Source of the DNA: Pseudogymnoascus verrucosus
Taxonomy: Eukaryota
Assembly: GCA_001662655.1 (NCBI GenBank)
Contig: KV460274.1
DNA length: 64,000 nt
Reading direction: 5' to 3' (one strand)
Shown here: positions 51,948-64,000 of the stretch, in pieces
Layout of the letters: each line of letters begins with the position of its first letter
How positions within the stretch are numbered: position 1 is the stretch's first letter
The notes under the pieces: model-generated
The model's database searches: none
Told to the model about the DNA's origin: nothing
Seen by the model: only the letters and a program-made list of their open reading frames with translations
Made by a program: the position numbers and the translations under genes

Positions 51948-53318
51948 ATGGCAACCCAAATTACGCCGTCGAAGAAGGTATGTAATCTCTTGCCACCATC
52001 ACTGTCGTCGTGGGATAGCTTCTAATGAATGATACAGACAGCGTCTTCCCTCGAGAACTTGAAGATGAACGACTCTCCAGCTAAGAAGCTTGACTTCGCC
52101 GCTGTTGGAAAAGAGAACCTCCCATTCGACGCCCAAGCACCAGTCGATGACGTCGTCGAGACCAAGAAGCCAATCGTGGCAGAGGCCGATTTGAGCTTGA
52201 TCGCACCTACAATTAAGCCAGAGGAAGCCGATGAGCCACTGCTTCAGTCAAACCCGAACAGATTCGTCCTGTTCCCAATCAAGTACCACGAGGTATGTGA
52301 TCACGTCGCGTCAGCACGGACGCGTAACGCGTAAAGTGGACTTTGTACTGACAATTTACAATAGATCTGGCAGATGTACAAGAAGGCGGAAGCATCTTTC
52401 TGGACAGCAGAGGAGATTGATCTCTCCAAGGACCTTCACGACTGGAACAACCGCCTCAATGACGATGAGCGCTACTTCATCTCCCACGTTCTCGCTTTCT
52501 TCGCCGCGTCCGATGGAATTGTCAACGAGAACCTCCTCGAGCGCTTCAGCAGCGAGGTCCAGATCCCAGAAGCCCGCTGCTTCTACGGTTTCCAAATCAT
52601 GATCGAGAACATTCACGCCGAGACATACTCCCTCCTCATCGACACATACATCAAGGAGCAGGCTCAACGCACATACCTCTTCAATGCCATCGAGACCATT
52701 CCTTGTATCAAGAAGAAGGCCGACTGGGCAGTTAGGTGGATCCAAGATAAGGATTCTACCTTTGCTCAGCGTCTCGTTGCCTTCGCTGCTGTCGAGGGTA
52801 TCTTCTTCTCCGGCTCCTTCGCCTCCATTTTCTGGCTCAAGAAGCGTGGCCTCATGGCTGGCCTGACCTTCTCGAACGAGCTCATCTCCCGTGATGAGGG
52901 TCTCCACACCGACTTCGCCTGCCTCCTCTTCTCCCACCTTAGACACCGCCCAAGCAAGCAGGCCGTCCAAGACGTCATTACCGAGGCTGTCAGCATCGAG
53001 CAAGAGTTCTTGACTGAGGCACTTCCCTGTGCGCTGCTCGGCATGAACGCCAACTTGATGAAGCAATACATTGAGTTCGTCGCCGACAGGCTGCTGCTCT
53101 CCCTCGGTAACGAGAAGTACTACAAGTCGACCAACCCATTCGACTTCATGGAGAACATCTCCCTGGCAGGAAAGACCAACTTCTTCGAGAAGCGCGTCGC
53201 CGACTACCAAAAGACTGGTGTCATGGCATCTACGGTCAAGAAGCACGAGGATACCGCTGCACAGATCGAGTCGAAAGCAGAGAATGGCGGAGACTTCAAC
53301 TTCGATGAAGACTTCTAG
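51948..53318 (+). CDS. RNR2: ribonucleotide reductase small subunit
   Basis: Introns 51978-52037 and 52293-52364; [46 protein letters not shown] and C-terminal FDEDF. Confidence 0.97.
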
Positions 53319-54335
53319 ATGCTCCACATTCTTTGGTTCGTCTCTTATCATGTATTTATGCGAATGGTTCCATCGGCGTTGCTTTTGCTTTAAATTGACC
53401 TGAAAGGTTGTACAACTTGGCACGGGTAGCTCTGTTGTGGTGGGTGGGTGTCTTGAACATATTTTTTCTTTCATATACCTGGCATAGAATGCTAGCGGGC
53501 TCGGCCGTTAATCATCAGGAGATCACTCTTCTCATTGTGGAGTTTTGGGAGTTGTTTTGTAACATGTGGATAGGATTGGAAAGGGGTATGGCTATGCCAC
53601 GAAATGTGGCATGAAACAATAAGATAGGATTAAGTAGTTGAATAAGTTATATCAAAACTACTTTCGTGGTTACTTCTCATATAAATTGCTTGACCGTGGT
53701 ATTAATAGTCATATTTGCCATAATAGTATCGAGGTCGACGGAGCCAGTCAGGTGGATTCATTGTTCTCTTTGACATATTCCCGTTAGCTTTGGTTGATAC
53801 TGAAATCCTAGTATTCACGAGGACACTCGAATTTTTCGAACCATAGTACATGATGTAGATGAAATCTTCAATTAGTTACTCTATATCAGCAATCCACTGA
53901 GAGAGAACCTCACCTAGCTATTAGATTGAGAGAAATCATGTTGGAGAGTTCGAATTTCAATTCTCTATTTCTAAATTCCACCTCCGTCGACACCAGTCTA
54001 TACCAGGGACCTTCTGGCGTGCCACGGCAAAACCAGACTATATGCAGAGACCAAAGCACACGCATTTCGGTTCCGGCTTCTCATCTCTTCCCATCGCTCA
54101 AACGCCTTCGAAAAAAATATCAACCGCCATCGACACTTGTCGCCCAGGGTATCCTTTTCCGGTTTCTAAACTCCAACTCCGCGCTGTCCAATAACATTAG
54201 GAATATTTTCAAAAACAAAAAAAAATACAAAAAAAAAAGAGCATGGGCAGTGACTGAAGCACGCCAGTATCATCAGAAGAAACCCGATAACGGAAGATCC
54301 GAAGAAATGCCAGTACCAGTTCGATGAATCTCCAG

Positions 54336-57270
54336 CTACTGAGCGATGTCAAAGTCGGTCCAATTATCGAAACCCATGTCGGAGAAATCCATATCGGTGA
54401 AATCCACGTCGGCCATAGAATCGAATTGGCCACCCGTCATGCTGAAACCATGGCCAACAGGCTGGGTCTCATCATAGACGCCGACGCCGACATATTCGCC
54501 ATTAGGCGCTATCCCTGGTGTGTCCAGGAAATTGAAAAAGCCATCCAGGGGGTCGTTGTTGAAGTCGGTTGGTTGAGAATCGTCGGGTGTGGCAGCCTCG
54601 TTGGATGCGGAAGGCTCAAGCTCTGGGGTTGCAATGGGGCCGAAGAGATCATCAAGCTCATCGTTATCAGCAGTAGTCAGCTCACTCTCCGTGGACGCGG
54701 AGATATTGTTGGTTTCATCAGTGGACCCAGGTGGAGGAACTGCCGAGGGCTCAGAAGCAGTCTCAAGATCAGATGACGAGGAAGTAATCTGCATGTTGCT
54801 CTCTGGGAAGTCCAGTGGTGAAATGGTGGGCTGTGTTGTCTGAGCAGTAGTCGTTGAGGAGGCTTGAGAAGCAGATGCGTCAAAGCTCGAGGAGCTAGAG
54901 GTTGCCACGGGAGACGACTCTGGAGACGGAAGTGGAGGAAACGTCAACTTGGTGGTAAGTGACTCGACTGCTGAACGGGTAATAGCTGAAACGGGTGCTG
55001 GCATGTTCAGAGAAATTGGGTTGACTTGTGATTCATTGGAATATCCCGGATTCTGAACGATTGGGAATGAGGCATTTGGCTGCGCAGCACCGACAATGGC
55101 CTGGCTGGTTGATGGAACAGGAATGCTTGTGGGAAACAGAGCACTTGCAACATTGGCAATAGCACAACTGGAGGCAGAACTGGAGGCAGCACTGGACTTC
55201 TTCTTTGTGGTAGTCTTCTTTGATTTTGGCGAAGTCTTCGTGGCGGTACCCTTGGCTGCGCCAGCCGGTGAAGTGCTGCCCTGAGCATTTGGCCCAATGG
55301 ACAGTTGACCTGCGGAGTTCGGTAGCTGCACCTGATAAAAAGGTACAACAGGTGTGTTAACGCCATGGTAGCCAACAGCTTTGGGTGCGGTTGGGCTTGT
55401 ACCGTGCTCTGTTGGACGGCCAGCAATGTCAATCATCACCGCATTGCCCTTCTGGGATAAAAACACCGGATTGGCGCCCGAGATGTCCGCAAATTTCATG
55501 GGAAATCCATCGCCAGTTGGTGTATGACCGCCGAGAGAGTTGTTAGGAGGCGATCCATTGGCAGCCTTTGCCGCAGCATCTTTCTCGGGATCTTTTTCCC
55601 AGTTTACACCATCAAAGGCGTTAATCAAGAAGGAAGGTGGTGCCGAAGGCAAATTGTTGATTGCTCCTTGTAGGTTTCCCAAGCCTGGACCTGACATTAC
55701 CATTGGAGGCAGCTTTGGATAATTTGGTACGTTTGGTACTGGCAACCCACGTGCACGAAGATCAGCGTGCTGGCGTCTCATGGTGGCTGCCCTAAGCTGG
55801 GCTTCTGCAACTCTAGCCGCATGACTCAAGGTTGGAAGCACGAAGTTCTCGCCCTGGTTGGTGTTGTTAAGCTGGCGACCAGATGGTAGAGAGTATGTAG
55901 TCGTGGAGTTTTGTTGACCCATGGAATTGAAGGTCTGGTTGACATTTGTACCGTATTGCTGAGGGACATGGCCAAGAGCACCCGGAGTTAGCTGGTGCAA
56001 ATTGAAATTTCCATTTTGGTGACCACCAAATGCAGGCTGTAAATTAACAGTCATGAGCTGTCCATTGACCTTGATTTGCTGTTGATAAGCTCCGGAAGTT
56101 TGCATGTTTGACGATTGATAACCGGCCATGGTTGGCATGTTTTCAAACATATTTTGTTGCTGCGGTATCAGCTGACCGCTGGGGCAAACGATGAAGGAAG
56201 GAATTTGTGAGCCAAATTGAACTGGTTGGCCCTGAGGATTCTGCATAGCCATTTGCTGGAAGTTGGCATTTTGGGCAAGCGGAGAAAATTGTTGGTTGAA
56301 ATTCGACAGATTATTAAAATCCATCACGTTTTGCGCATGTTGGTATTGCGCGCCATTGTGCACACCATTGCCTTGCTGCTGGATGCCAAATGATGGGGTT
56401 GCATCGTGGTTTTGAAGCTTGATAGCATGCGAACTGTTCAGTTGAGCAACCGCAGATTGTTGGTGGTCACGATCCTGCTTCTCTGCAAAGAGAACGACTC
56501 CAAACTGCTCTGGCGAGAGTTTTGCAAGCCACTTGCTTTGCTCGTCTTCACCCCAGGTTAGAAAGTCTCTCATTTTTCTGAGGTCATCATCCTCAAGCGA
56601 TTGATCAGTCGATATTTTCTTGAAGTGCTTCAAGCCAGCAGCGAAATCTTCAGGGGAGAATACAGATTCGCCGAGGACAAGAGTTCGTGAGCGTGGAATA
56701 GGGAGTGTTGCCTTTGCACTGGGGCCCTTACGAGCACGCTTCTTGGGTTGGGTTTGGTGATTGCCAGCATTATCTCCTGACTGTCTGTCTGGAGAGCTCA
56801 TCATCTGAAAGTTAAGTCAGTAAGAGTAAATCACAACTATCACCTGATTGGAGAGTAATATCAGGTTTAAGGGAGGGTAATTGTTGAACACATCAATGAT
56901 AGCTGAGGCGCGATATGACGCGTCTCAAGCTTTCACTCCTGGTTTAATCAAGAAAAAAATGAAGATAAAATCATACCTGATCATGTGAAAGCTGGCGCTT
57001 GTTGCTGGCAGGAGTAGGAATAGAAGGTGCAATTGAAGCACGGTGGCCAGTCTTGTACTGGTCGAGGGTGAGGCCGATCATGCCGCCAGCACCATTGATG
57101 TCGTGCTCAGGGTTGAGGTGGTAAGTGGAGATTGGAGATGTCAGAGCAGGGTTGATGAGGTCCGAAGTAAAAGCTTCAGTATCGTCCGTCGCGTAGGAAG
57201 CTGTGTTGGGATTGAATGGTGGGTATTGAGGTTGGCCAATTTGGACCGAAGGCCAATTGTGAGAACTCAT
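54336..57270 (-). CDS. large low-complexity Q/N/S-rich hypothetical protein
   Basis: Exon 57270-56977, intron 56976-56805 (GTATGA..CTGAC..CAG, phase 0), then an 822-codon exon; NLS-like PKKRARK and acidic-aromatic C-terminus. Confidence 0.7.
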
Positions 57271-57905
57271 GTTGCAAGAGAGCAAAGTTGAGAAGGTAAA
57301 AAGAGAATTGATTACCACAATGGTAATAAAATGAAGAAGCAAGGTTTGAATTGATTGAAGAATTGTTGTTGAAAGCGTTTTGTAATTGTTGGTTGAATGT
57401 CGAGGTTGTGGAAGAAAAAAAAGTGGTGGGGGGAAGTCGGTGAAAGTGAGGTTATACCTAAGCGGCGGAGTATATCAATGAATTCACAACTGGCGGGCAA
57501 ATCGAGGCAGGGCTGAGCTTGGACCCCAAGCTCAAATTTCCTAATCTGGTAAAAACCTCCAGCCACCCAAAATTCAATTCGGATTGGAATCGCCAACTAT
57601 TTTGTCGCGCAGTGAATTTAACAGTTAGGGGTAGTATAATCCCACAATTTCTCCCATGATATTTCACTGCACCCTCTCAAGTTCGGGAAGCTTCAGCAAA
57701 GTGTTACCTTGACATATATATTCCTCCGTGATAAATCAACGTCTAATAATTACTCACGTATATCCCCGCGAAAGTACAGCCATGCAATGTAAATGATTTG
57801 CCCAAACTATCAGGCTCACTTGCGATATGTTCTAATCGTCATATGGGAATATCGCTCGCTCTTAGAAATATAAAACATCATACCTTCTTAAAGCATGTTG
57901 CTTTA

Positions 57906-59454
57906 TCAGTTATTCCAATTCCTCCTTGTCTTCTCTTTCCCCACCAGCGACCGTGCCGTTGGGCAGAGCCAGATATCGGGCCCTTTATCAGAGTCGCATT
58001 TTCGACCATTTTCAACCAGAGTCTCGATCTCCTTTGCGACAGTCCTATTGCTGCTTATAGTTGTCATATCATTTGACCAGCCATATAAGAACACGGATTG
58101 GTTGATCACAGAGAGTACTTTCGATACTTCAATGGCCATCGGTCCTATGCGGCGTTCCATACCAGGGATATCCACTTCAACAACATCAATCGGTAGCTTC
58201 AGCTCCTGTGGTATTCTGTGAGTTGAAAGCTCTTGCAAGCCAGAAACACGCTGTTCGCATGTTAACTCCGCTGTGCCATCTCTATCCAGGATAAAGTCTC
58301 TTCGACGTTTTTCCGAGTCCGTCCCTATCAGATCGACAATCTCATGCATACGTTGTGCTGCCTCTCGAGTACACAGAAGTTTCCTTGGACCACAAGCAGG
58401 CCAGAGGCTCTTGGGCAATAGTTGATCGTCCCTCTCCATTTCGATTTGCCTCTTAACTGCCCGGTGATGCCATTCCTCAGTCTCGACCGGGCAATGCGAC
58501 AAGTCGCTCACAAGGGCAAGTAGGATAGTGCAATCAATATTGACAGGGTCCGTAAAGTCTGCAAATGGATTGACAGCAACTTTATCCAACACATCTGCCA
58601 ATGGAGGTGCTGGTTGCAAATCTTCAGATCTTTGAATTTGGATACCCATTCCTTCGATCTGGCCAAGAATTGCTTCCACTGCTCCTACACAGCCCCGAGG
58701 GATCTTGGGTAACACCATGCGAATTTTCGGGTGACGATATCGCACCCTAGTTGCACGAGATGCTGCTACTAATCCCTCTGCCTGTTTCAATAGGCCTTCT
58801 GCCTGGACACTGCTGGAGCTGTCTGTTCCGCTGTCATACTCCTCGTCGCTGGACGAATCAACAATCCAGCCAGCTTTGGCTATGTCAAATAGTATCCGTT
58901 TCTCAGTCAACGTTGATACCTTTACCCACTCTAATCCATCCTGGGCGACAATATCAACCAGAACATTGGAGCGCTTGTGGATCGAGCCTGGGGTACTCCG
59001 AACTTTCTCTCCATCGCGAAGGTTCACGGGAGAGGGCCAGTGGAAGCGTTTCCCCAGCGCCACAACGCCCGTACAACCTTTCGCAGCATCCCAAACTGCA
59101 GCATAAAAAGGGAAATTGCTAGACCTTAATGTGTGGGCAGTCTTTGGTACTGTAGGATCTGATTTGCAAAGCTGGGTATGAGTCAGAGAGGTCCGGTTTA
59201 CGATAAATACGGCAAAGAAGCACCTTTCGAAGTAATTTATACTCTGTTTTCACACTGCTCTTAAAGTGCCGCAGCTCAGCAGTTTCCTTTTTCTCGTCCT
59301 GGAGGTAGTTTTGGAACACCTCCAGTTCATCAACAAGGACGCGGCATCGGTCTAGGAGATCTTGTCCTTGCTCTGCCCCTCCTTCAAGATCCAATTTTGA
59401 CAACTGTGAAGAGACATCAACCAACGAGTCTTGAGGCTCGTTATTTTCGCTCAT
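57906..59454 (-). CDS. DUF1308 (UPF0415/C7orf25-like) protein
   Basis: Intron about 59172-59223; HTLRSSNFPFY, VDIVAQDG.EWVKV, VNIDCTILLALVSDLSH and TISSNR..ARSL. Confidence 0.8.
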
Positions 59455-60126
59455 CGTCTCCTTTTTATTAGGATAAAATATAAACTTGAATGTCTCGGGG
59501 ACCGTCGTCTTCAATGGTGATCACCCTAGCTAGTGCTGCCGCAGAGCCGCACCTTATTTTTCAACTCCTATGCACGCGATAAGTGCGAAAGCCACGAGAA
59601 CTAATAAAGGAAATTTCAATATTAAAACAATGTATGAAATCGCTGTTTAAATGGACACAGCTAAGTTTTACTCATGCTCAAAGGTTTGCAGGTTGGGCAA
59701 TGACAATGATATTTTTTGACATATCTCAAAGCACGTGACTATGATGGATCTTTGTTCCCCACCATGCCCTACTATGGCAAGAGTCGTTCAAATTGGGGAA
59801 CTTCCACATTTGCGAGGGAAACACAAAAGTTCTTGAAAATGTTAATAATGTAGGTTAGAGTATATACTACTGGAAGTAATATGTAAACGTCCAATTTTGA
59901 CCTGTATAATCAAAATTTACCAACTCCTCTGTCCAATCCGCTAGCGGCCACCGCACTAGCAGCTCCAAACTTGTCACTTTCGTGGGGTCGCCTATCTGGA
60001 CACCTCAATCTCACCCCGCTGGAAAGCTACAGATCCCACTCCCGCCACATCTCGCAGCCTCGCCCGCATTACCACAGCACGAGCAAGTCATTCCTCCCTC
60101 ACGACCTCGATTCGCCGACATCCAAA

Positions 60127-60631
60127 ATGCCGTACCTCCCCACAGCCCAAGAGTGGCTCACTCAATCCGCCCTCCTCCTCCAGGCGCGTCCCACAACCGT
60201 ACGTCCCTCCTTGCGATGCCCATACCCGTCTCGCACAACCCCGCTGCTACCCCCCCTTGTGCAAGCCTCAAACTGATCACCGCAAATAGTCCCGCATAAC
60301 GACAAAATACACTGTCAAACCCTCCACGCGCCGCGCAACGGCTGAAACCGCCGCCCCTGCTCCAGTTGCTTTCCTGACGCTCAAAACCTACGACCCGGCT
60401 TCAGGCACAACCCTCAAATACCGCACCGACAAAGCCGCAGAGGTCGGACGTCTCGTGCTCTCCTTGTCCCGGCTCGGGCGCGAGATGGCTGGCCTGCCGG
60501 AGCTGAAGGAGGAAGATGTTAAGATGGAGGAGGCCGGGGATGCGGTCACTGGAGCAGCGGCGCCAGTGCCGGAGAAGGCTGGGGCGCAGCCGGGTGGAGC
60601 CAAGAAGGGAAAGAAGAAGGGGAGAAAGTGA
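60127..60631 (+). CDS. SRP9: signal recognition particle Alu subunit SRP9/SRP21
   Basis: MPYL..AQEWL.QS.LLLQARP, intron 60199-60289, then RITTKY..LTLKTYDP.SG.TLKYRTDKAAEVGRL; ends KKGKKKGRK. Confidence 0.88.
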
Positions 60632-61037
60632 GAGAGAGTTACATGGAGCCAGATGGGACGGGGGATTGTGGGTGGGAGGCATTATAGGCGTTTTGGGCAT
60701 ACTGTTAAGCGATGTTTGAAAGTTGGGTTGCGGAAGATGGGAGCCATAGTGGGGTATAATGTGGCAGGCGTGGGATGGGATTAGATTTCATCATGGGACA
60801 GATACCTGAAGCTAGATATCCAAAGGCTTAGATCTCTCAACGTGCTTCATGAGATGTGCCCTTAAAGGATACGAAAATATAGGAGCCTTTAACCAAGAAT
60901 CCCGCAATTGGTTCAACGAGCTGAAGAGATCATACCACAACAGAGAAATCGAGCACCAAATCACAATTAGCGAAGATGTAGCTGGATCTAATCGAATCAC
61001 CTCGGCTGTCGGACATGATGCCCACTCTCAGAACCAC

Positions 61038-61150
61038 TACTGTTACCGCCACTCCATTGTCGCCGTCGTAATGACTTCCTGTCGCCCCACCCCCTTTCTC
61101 ACCACTGCTGGTAATACCACCGTCACCACCAATCCCCTGTCACCGTCACA
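61038..61150 (+). repeat. dispersed degenerate GTCACC-array, copy E
   Basis: Cores at 61042, 61059, 61081, 61098, 61122 and 61139; shares an exact 15-mer with copy B. Confidence 0.55.
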
Positions 61151-61516
61151 CAATACGCGCACACGATCACGTAGGTGGAATATTAGTCCCAACAGTCCGT
61201 AGACGCTAGGCAAGCTGCCTGTATTATCAGCGACTAAACATGCTGATATAAGCGGGTCCTTCTCGAATTCGACGGGAGCATTGATTCTAGTTACTCTTCC
61301 TCGATTTCCGTCTCTTAATCAAGCTGAAGACAGCTAGCATAGCAAATCTAGTCACATATCCGTAGTCGTGAGAAACTGTTCATGAATTACATTGCTCTGA
61401 GTCCCTAAAACTCGACCTAGCTTTGCTAGCGCTGTGAGACCTCCTCATCTCTTCCCCCGAAGATCTCATCTCCAAGATCAAACTTTATCAGAAACATAAA
61501 ATACAGATAAATCTAT

Positions 61517-63302
61517 CTACGCATCCTTTCCAGGCTTGCCCACCAACTTCTTCTTGTCATCATCATCATCCGCCTCGTCGTCGCTCCAGCCTGCCCCGTC
61601 ATCGCCAACAGCAAAGATAGTTTCGCCATCTAGCGACTGCCTCGATGCGCTCGGGGCATCATTTGGAGCCTGTGCCTTCGTTGGCGCGGATTTCGGTGCA
61701 GCATCGTATCGTGGACCTTCAGTGCCGCGCTCATCGCGGGCCTCCTCTTCGTCTCCGGAATCATCCGCTCCAAAGTCTCCAATCTCGAAACCTTCATCAT
61801 CTTGTGCGATCTATTGGTCACGTTAGTACGTATATCAGGTGTATCCACATATTCTCTACTTACCTCGTCACTCATTGCGAATCTGCGGTTGTTTGCCGTT
61901 GGCAGCCACATGTAGCAAATAAATGCAACGTCGGCGAAATAGACAATGTTCAGCCATCCGTCAAGTATGAACCATCTTGTCTTCCAGTGCCCTGGAACGA
62001 AATCCGGGTCCCTGACACCAGCAAATGTGACACTGTTGAAGAAGAAGAATGCGAAGATGACAGCAATGCTTAGGAGAATGCAGATCCAGAGCTTGCGGTA
62101 CATGCTGGCCTTGACGTTTTGCTTACGCTCTGTGAGATCCTTAATCGTGTGCGTCAGGGAGTTAAGAGTCCACACATAGAAACCAGTGAGAGTTCCGGCA
62201 AGAGGTAGAATAACAAAGAGGACAATGGGTCCTGCATTATCCGGGGTGACTGTCAAACTCGCGATGGCGTAAATGAGGCCAAAGACGAAGTGGGCAAATG
62301 CAAGCCAGCGAACGTAAATCATCGTCTTCCCAAGAGTAGGCTTGACAACTCCGTAGCCCATACAGACGATCAGGAGAAGGAAGAACGAGAAAGAGTTGCG
62401 GCCAGCGTTCAGAACTGCAACGACAATCATCAATACTTTCGAGCCGACGTTGCTTCCATTGCGGTTTTGGTAATCGTAGAAAAGCCATGTCATCAGCATC
62501 TCGACAATCAAGAATATTACGATGGCCGTAATATAGTTCTGAACAGCGAGAATATCGTGCCTATGCTGAACATAGAAGAATCCCCAGAAAACTGCTAGTA
62601 AGGCATATACGATAGTCAGGCCCCCGTAAAACGGTAGCTTGGCAATCTGAGCACCATCCAGTTCTCCATAAGCGTTTCGAAATTCCACGACTGCTTGATA
62701 ATCAACGCCATCCTCGGCATCTGTGCTAACACAGTAGTATCCCGTGGTTTTGATCAAGTAGTTTGTTGCTGCTATATTCTTCAGATCAATTGCGGTGGTC
62801 TTGAGTTCGGATGTCGACGACTCGGTCGCATTTGGCGCCAGAATATATTTGTTCAGATCTGCCTTGTCGCAAAGCTTCCTCTGGACATTCTTTTCGGTGC
62901 AAATATATTCTTTCTGAGAGATAGGTTAGTAACGGTTCAGGGGTATAGAACATTGACGTTGTGCATACGGGGGTACCAGGAGCAGCCCCCTCGGGGAACA
63001 CTCCAACAAGCTCCTCATCCTTCCACTCGAATATCACAAGACTGACGGATGCCGCCTTCTGCTCAGCAGGAGGCTTCAGAAATTTGACCAGGATGAATGG
63101 ATCCACGCTGCCTCCCCAAGACTTCCGGCTGTACATTCCAGCGCATTTTAATCTGTTGTCCTCCTTCTGATCCTGCGAATCGAGATTAGCTAACAATCCA
63201 TTATTCCGCCTTGGAATGGATACTAACTAATACAACTTCTCCTGCATTGACCGATGTCAGCAGAAGCCCAGCTAACAGGAGTCCATTTTTCCAGGCCCTC
63301 AT
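61517..63302 (-). CDS. PTM1: Ptm1/TMEM87 (lung seven-TM, GOST family) membrane protein
   Basis: Signal peptide; C.GMYSRKSWGG.VDP, TGYYCV, FRNAYGEL, LLLIVCMGYGVVKPTLG and RWFILDGW; three introns; stop codon at 61517-61519. Confidence 0.9.
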
Positions 63303-63722
63303 GTTGACTGTGCAGGCCGCGTCGCCTTGTAACTAGGCCGGTGGTTTCGGTCCGCAATGCTTCGAGATGCTTTCGAAGCTTAGGTGTCAATCTCGCAGGA
63401 GAAGCTCATCCAGAGTCGGGCTTCGTAGTATAATCAAAGTAGAGCCAAAACTATGTTGTGCCTTGGCATTCAAACGATGTTAAATTATCGATGGACTTGA
63501 CACGACAAGCTGAGGTTAGGTACGTCGTAATAGCTCCCAAGAGGCCCACTGCGCCCCTAAGGCAAACCAAAGCCGGAACCACGGAACAACCCACAACCCG
63601 CCGCTGACGCCACATCCCTGTCAAAACCGAGGCTGACAAAAGATATTTCAGCCTTGACAGCCCCCACTGACAAAGTCAAGAGGCAACATTAATCTATAAT
63701 ATCTACAGCCACACGATCAAAA

Positions 63723-64000
63723 ATGGCAACTCAGATTATTGATCCGGGGAAGGCAGTTGCTGAGGCTGTATCTATTTGCAAGCGCTGCAATAAAGACGAG
63801 GCTACTACGAATATTCGATCTGAGCCAGTCTGTCTGTGAGTAAATGACCCCTCTTCTACCCAGCCTCGCTGACCTCAAAAGGCAATGCTTCACGTACTAT
63901 GTGAACACCAAAGCCATTAAGCGCCTAGAGACTTATAAAGATCGCAACCGGCAATCAGAGACAAAGCGATATTTGCTCCCCCTCTCGTTCGGCGCATCTT
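63723..64000 (+). CDS. NCS2: cytoplasmic tRNA 2-thiolation protein 2 (5' part, truncated by window edge)
   Basis: CKRC..IRSEPVC, intron 63836-63881, then QCF..YV.TK.IKRLE..LLPLSFGAS. Confidence 0.8.

Noticed and set aside
52356..53474. 372-aa antisense ORF over RNR2 (also 43052-44002 over CWC23 and 21643-22431 over GTPBP1)
   Set aside because: Shadow ORFs expected from codon bias of the real gene on the opposite strand.
56805..56976. Intronic snoRNA in the 172-nt intron
   Set aside because: No convincing box C (RTGATGA) paired with box D and a terminal stem.

Overview
Intron-containing filamentous ascomycete DNA; the style resembles a Leotiomycete, but the genus cannot be proven from sequence alone. 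About 6.7 kb of gene-poor, low-complexity sequence comes first. It is followed by about 25 protein-coding loci: LDB19/ART1-like arrestin adaptor, two MFS sugar transporters, a divergent zrfC/aspf2(PRA1) zinc-uptake pair, a Gly/Thr-repeat protein, GTPBP1, LSM3, GPI12, a frameshifted EthD-like gene, a secreted alpha-carbonic anhydrase, RAD5, NDUFAF6-like, CorA, CWC23, IBA57/CAF17, DCP2, DUF4112, RNR2, a Q/N-rich orphan, DUF1308, SRP9/21, PTM1 and partial NCS2. RNA genes are two intron-containing tRNAs (Met-CAT, Glu-CTC) and one 5S rRNA. The most notable observations are: (1) a candidate nested spliceosomal twin intron whose outer GTG|AGT donor is split by a complete inner intron (16488-16602); (2) a full-length 5S rRNA gene lying sense inside the last intron of RAD5; (3) a dispersed family of degenerate intergenic arrays of a T-tract+GTCACC-like motif spaced about 21 nt apart; (4) a likely GC-AG intron; (5) clustered PacC, ZafA and MCB sites, including MCBs inside an RNR2 intron. 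All family calls come from recognised motifs, not database searches.
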